Both the position numbers and the translations under genes were made by a program. The notes beneath the pieces were generated by a model, which had not been told where the DNA came from, did not search any database, and saw only the letters and a program-made list of their open reading frames with translations. A DNA stretch of 64,000 nucleotides. Origin: Blastocystis sp. Blastoise (taxonomy: Eukaryota > Protista > Bigyra: Opalinata). The stretch lies in assembly GCA_039096225.1 (NCBI GenBank), contig JBBPEB010000034.1, forward strand, positions 620,001 to 684,000, given 5' to 3'. The first letter of the stretch is position 1. Each line of letters opens with the position of its first letter. Below, in pieces: positions 61,143-64,000 of the stretch.

Positions 61143-63550
61143 ATGAACTGTTTAGTTTTAGCTCTTTTATTTGCTAGTGTTTTTGCTTTAAAGCCCATCG
61201 ATGGATTCCGTCCTCCGAGTGTTCCACTTATTGTAATGGATCCTTTCATTTCAGTATGGTCTCATAATGATAACTTATATGATACTTGGCCTCGTCATTG
61301 GAAAGGTTCTTGTATGTCTATGAGTGGTATGATTAGAGTTGACAAGAAAGCTTATAGGTATTTTTTTTATTAATGTTATATTTATTATTATTCATTATTT
61401 TTTATTTTATTTCATAATATTTGTTATTCCTATATTTTTATTTTATTTTATAATTTTTGTTATTCATATTTTTTTATTTTATTTCATAATATTTGTTATT
61501 CATATATTTTTATTTTATTTCATAATATTTGTTATTCACATTTATTTATTCACTCTTTTGAATCCTTGTTATTCACTCTAAATAATAATAATATAATAAT
61601 CCTATATATAGATGGATGGGAGATACCTCCGATGGAATTGAGCCTCATGTTACTCAGAAAAGTGTTGTGGTTTATCCTACTCGTACTATCTATGTTTTTG
61701 AACAAGATGGAGTAGAGTTAACAGTGACTTTTGGAGCTCCTGATTTTGTAGATAAGATTGAATATTTATCTCTTCCTTTTACTTATATTAATTACTCTGT
61801 TCGCTCTATTGATGGTAAATCTCATAATGTCCAAGTATATTTCGATAATACTGCAGAAATGGCTACAGATGATGGTCAACATATGGTTGATTGGAAATAT
61901 GAAGATACTCCTGGATATACTACTCTTTCTGTTGGACATACAAATGCTGAAGTTATGAATAGTATCCACGATCGTATTACTTGGGGTCGTTGGTATATTT
62001 CATCTCCTTCTTCTCCTTTCCTTACTTCAGCTACACTTCTTGCTAAAGATTCTCGTCTCTCCTTTGCTAATAATACTGCTTATCCTAAGAATGAAACAGA
62101 ATTCCGTAAAGTAAGTGATAAATGGCCTGTTCTTACCTTCACTTTCGACTTTGGTACAATCAATGAGTCACCTCTTGAACAGTATATGGTAGCCTCTTAT
62201 GATGTCATTTATGGTATGCATTACTTTGGCTCAAACTTCATTCCCTATTGGAAACATCTCTATAATGATATGAATACACTTCTCATCAAGAATGCTCATC
62301 TCAATAAAGCAGAAAACTATAAATTAATGGAACAATTCGATAATGATCTTATGGAGAAAATTTATAAGAAAGTACCTAATGATGAATATCTTACTATGAC
62401 CACTCTTGTCTACAGACAAGTATATAACACTTATATACATTACTATTATTACATTAATATATAATTATATATTTATTTTTATTATTCTTATCATCTATTA
62501 TATATATATATATATATATAGGTCACAGGAGGAATGGAGATTGTATGGAATCACATAGAAGAAAAGTCTTGGATTTTTATGAAAGAAATCTCTTCAAATG
62601 GTGCTGATGGTGGTGATATTTCAACTGTTGATGTTATTTATCCTGCTGTTCCTCTCTTCCTATTCCTTGCTCCTAAAACATTCAAACAAATACTCTATCC
62701 TGTCCTTGAATATTCTAATGTAGAAACTGCTAAATATGGGTATTCTAATCCTTATGATTATGAATGGGCTCCTCATCATATTGGTTCTTGGCCTATTGCC
62801 AATATCAAACAAGAAGATCAAGAAAATATGCCTGTTGAAGAAACTGGTAATATGCTTCAATTAGTCCTTGCTATTGTACAACGTACAGATAATGATCTTG
62901 AATGGCTTAAGAACTATTGGCCTCTTCTTAAGAAATGGGCGGATTACTTAGTTAAATTCCTTCCTGATCCTGGTAACCAATTATGTACCGATGATTTCAT
63001 GGGTGCTTCTCCTCATAATATTAACTTAGCTATTAAAGGTATTGTTGGTCTTGGTGCTTACGCTGAATTAATGAAAGTCAAAGGAGATAAAGAACAAGCT
63101 GATCTATATAACTCACTCACAGAATCTTATTATAAATGGTACAAAACTATGGCCTATAATAATGATCATTCTAAACTTCAATATGATCTACCTGATAGCT
63201 GGTCTCTTAAATACAATATGGTATTCCAAACTGTTCTTAATATTAATATATTCTCCAAGGAAGATATGCTTCTTGATGCTACTTATTATCATGATAAACA
63301 ACTCAATAAATGTGGTGTTCCACTTGATAGCAGAGCTACATTCACTAAGGCTGATTGGTTAATGTGGTCTGCTTGTATGGGTACTGAAGAACAATTATAT
63401 GCCATCATTCATGCCATGTATACTTTTGCTAATACTTCTCCCTCCAGAGTTCCTTTCAGTGATTGGTATCAAACTGTTGATGACTGTAAAGTTGTTGCTT
63501 TCCGTGCTAGAACTGTTATTGGTGGTATCTATATGCCTCTTTTAATGTAA
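61143..63550 (+). CDS. Secreted glutaminase A (GtaA)-like / DUF4965-DUF1793 protein; introns 61358-61611 and 62420-62521
   Basis: Signal peptide MNCLVLALLFASVFA; FRPPSVPLIVMDPFISVWS, FMKEISS...STVDVIYP, WAPHHIG, MPVEETGNM, PGNQLCTDDF, NLAIKGI, WSLKYN, TKADW, PFSDWY, FRARTVIGG. Confidence 0.9.
61395..61545. repeat. ~33-bp minisatellite (about 4 copies) in the first intron of the GtaA-like gene
   Basis: Repeated ...TTTATTTTATTTCATAATATTTGTTATTC... units. Confidence 0.85.
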
Positions 63551-64000
63551 ACAGAATAATATACTCATTACTTTGTCATTGCATAATAATCTATTATATT
63601 GTTGCTTAGAATTATGGTTTCGTTGTTTTATTCAAGACTTTTATCACACAATCACATACTTTTTTTAAATGCAATCAAGAAACAATTATTTTTTTACATT
63701 TCAACACTATTTTATTAATTTAATTTATATATATATATGTTTTTTATATATCAAAGCAATTAAGTTTTTAATAATCTTCAAATGTTATAAAATATTAAGA
63801 ATAAATTCAATAATAACTGTATCTAACTTAGCATCATCTTAAATCAGTTGTTCACAAGCAAGAACTAATAAAAGTTGAGATATATTTTTAAAATGTAATT
63901 AGATTAATTCAAGGTTGTGACAATATTATTTTGAATTGAAAAATATATAAAAATATGTATGGTTGTCTTGTTAAAAAAACCAATCACTCATTTAATATGG

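Noticed and set aside
47165-61545. 30-50 bp repeats resembling CRISPR arrays or MITEs
   Set aside because: Head-to-tail intronic minisatellites with no unique spacers, no cas genes and no transposase.

Overview
Very AT-rich, intron-dense eukaryotic nuclear DNA read with the standard genetic code. I reconstructed 18 protein-coding genes by hand by joining exons in frame: a SLC25 ATP-Mg/Pi-type carrier (5' truncated), a divergent WNK-like kinase, GCN1 (~32 introns), PCCB, a Sec23-like gene, a threonine-synthase-like gene lacking the PLP lysine, a DHHC palmitoyltransferase, an intronless bacterial-like alpha/beta hydrolase lacking its nucleophile, Tom70, CPSF3, panB, a 61-aa TM microprotein, capping protein alpha, a membrane-tethered bZIP, HBS1, Sec31, an unknown protein and a secreted GtaA/DUF4965-like protein. 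The gene set, short promoter-proximal introns and a minor-class intron suggest a Blastocystis/Opalinata-like stramenopile; this is inference only. The main signals concern splicing. (1) Most introns run GTATATAT... to ...ATATATAG, giving mutually complementary (AU)n ends with no pyrimidine tract and a private satellite inside. (2) GCN1 has a clear U12 AT-AC intron. (3) At five junctions the splice-site bases match the spliced-mRNA sequence, which means either cDNA-templated conversion or an RNA-polishing artefact. There is also an unexpected excess of GCGGG/CCCGC inside exons. Most ORFs in the supplied track are exon+intron read-throughs or microsatellite artefacts. No tRNA, rRNA, CRISPR array or transposase was seen.
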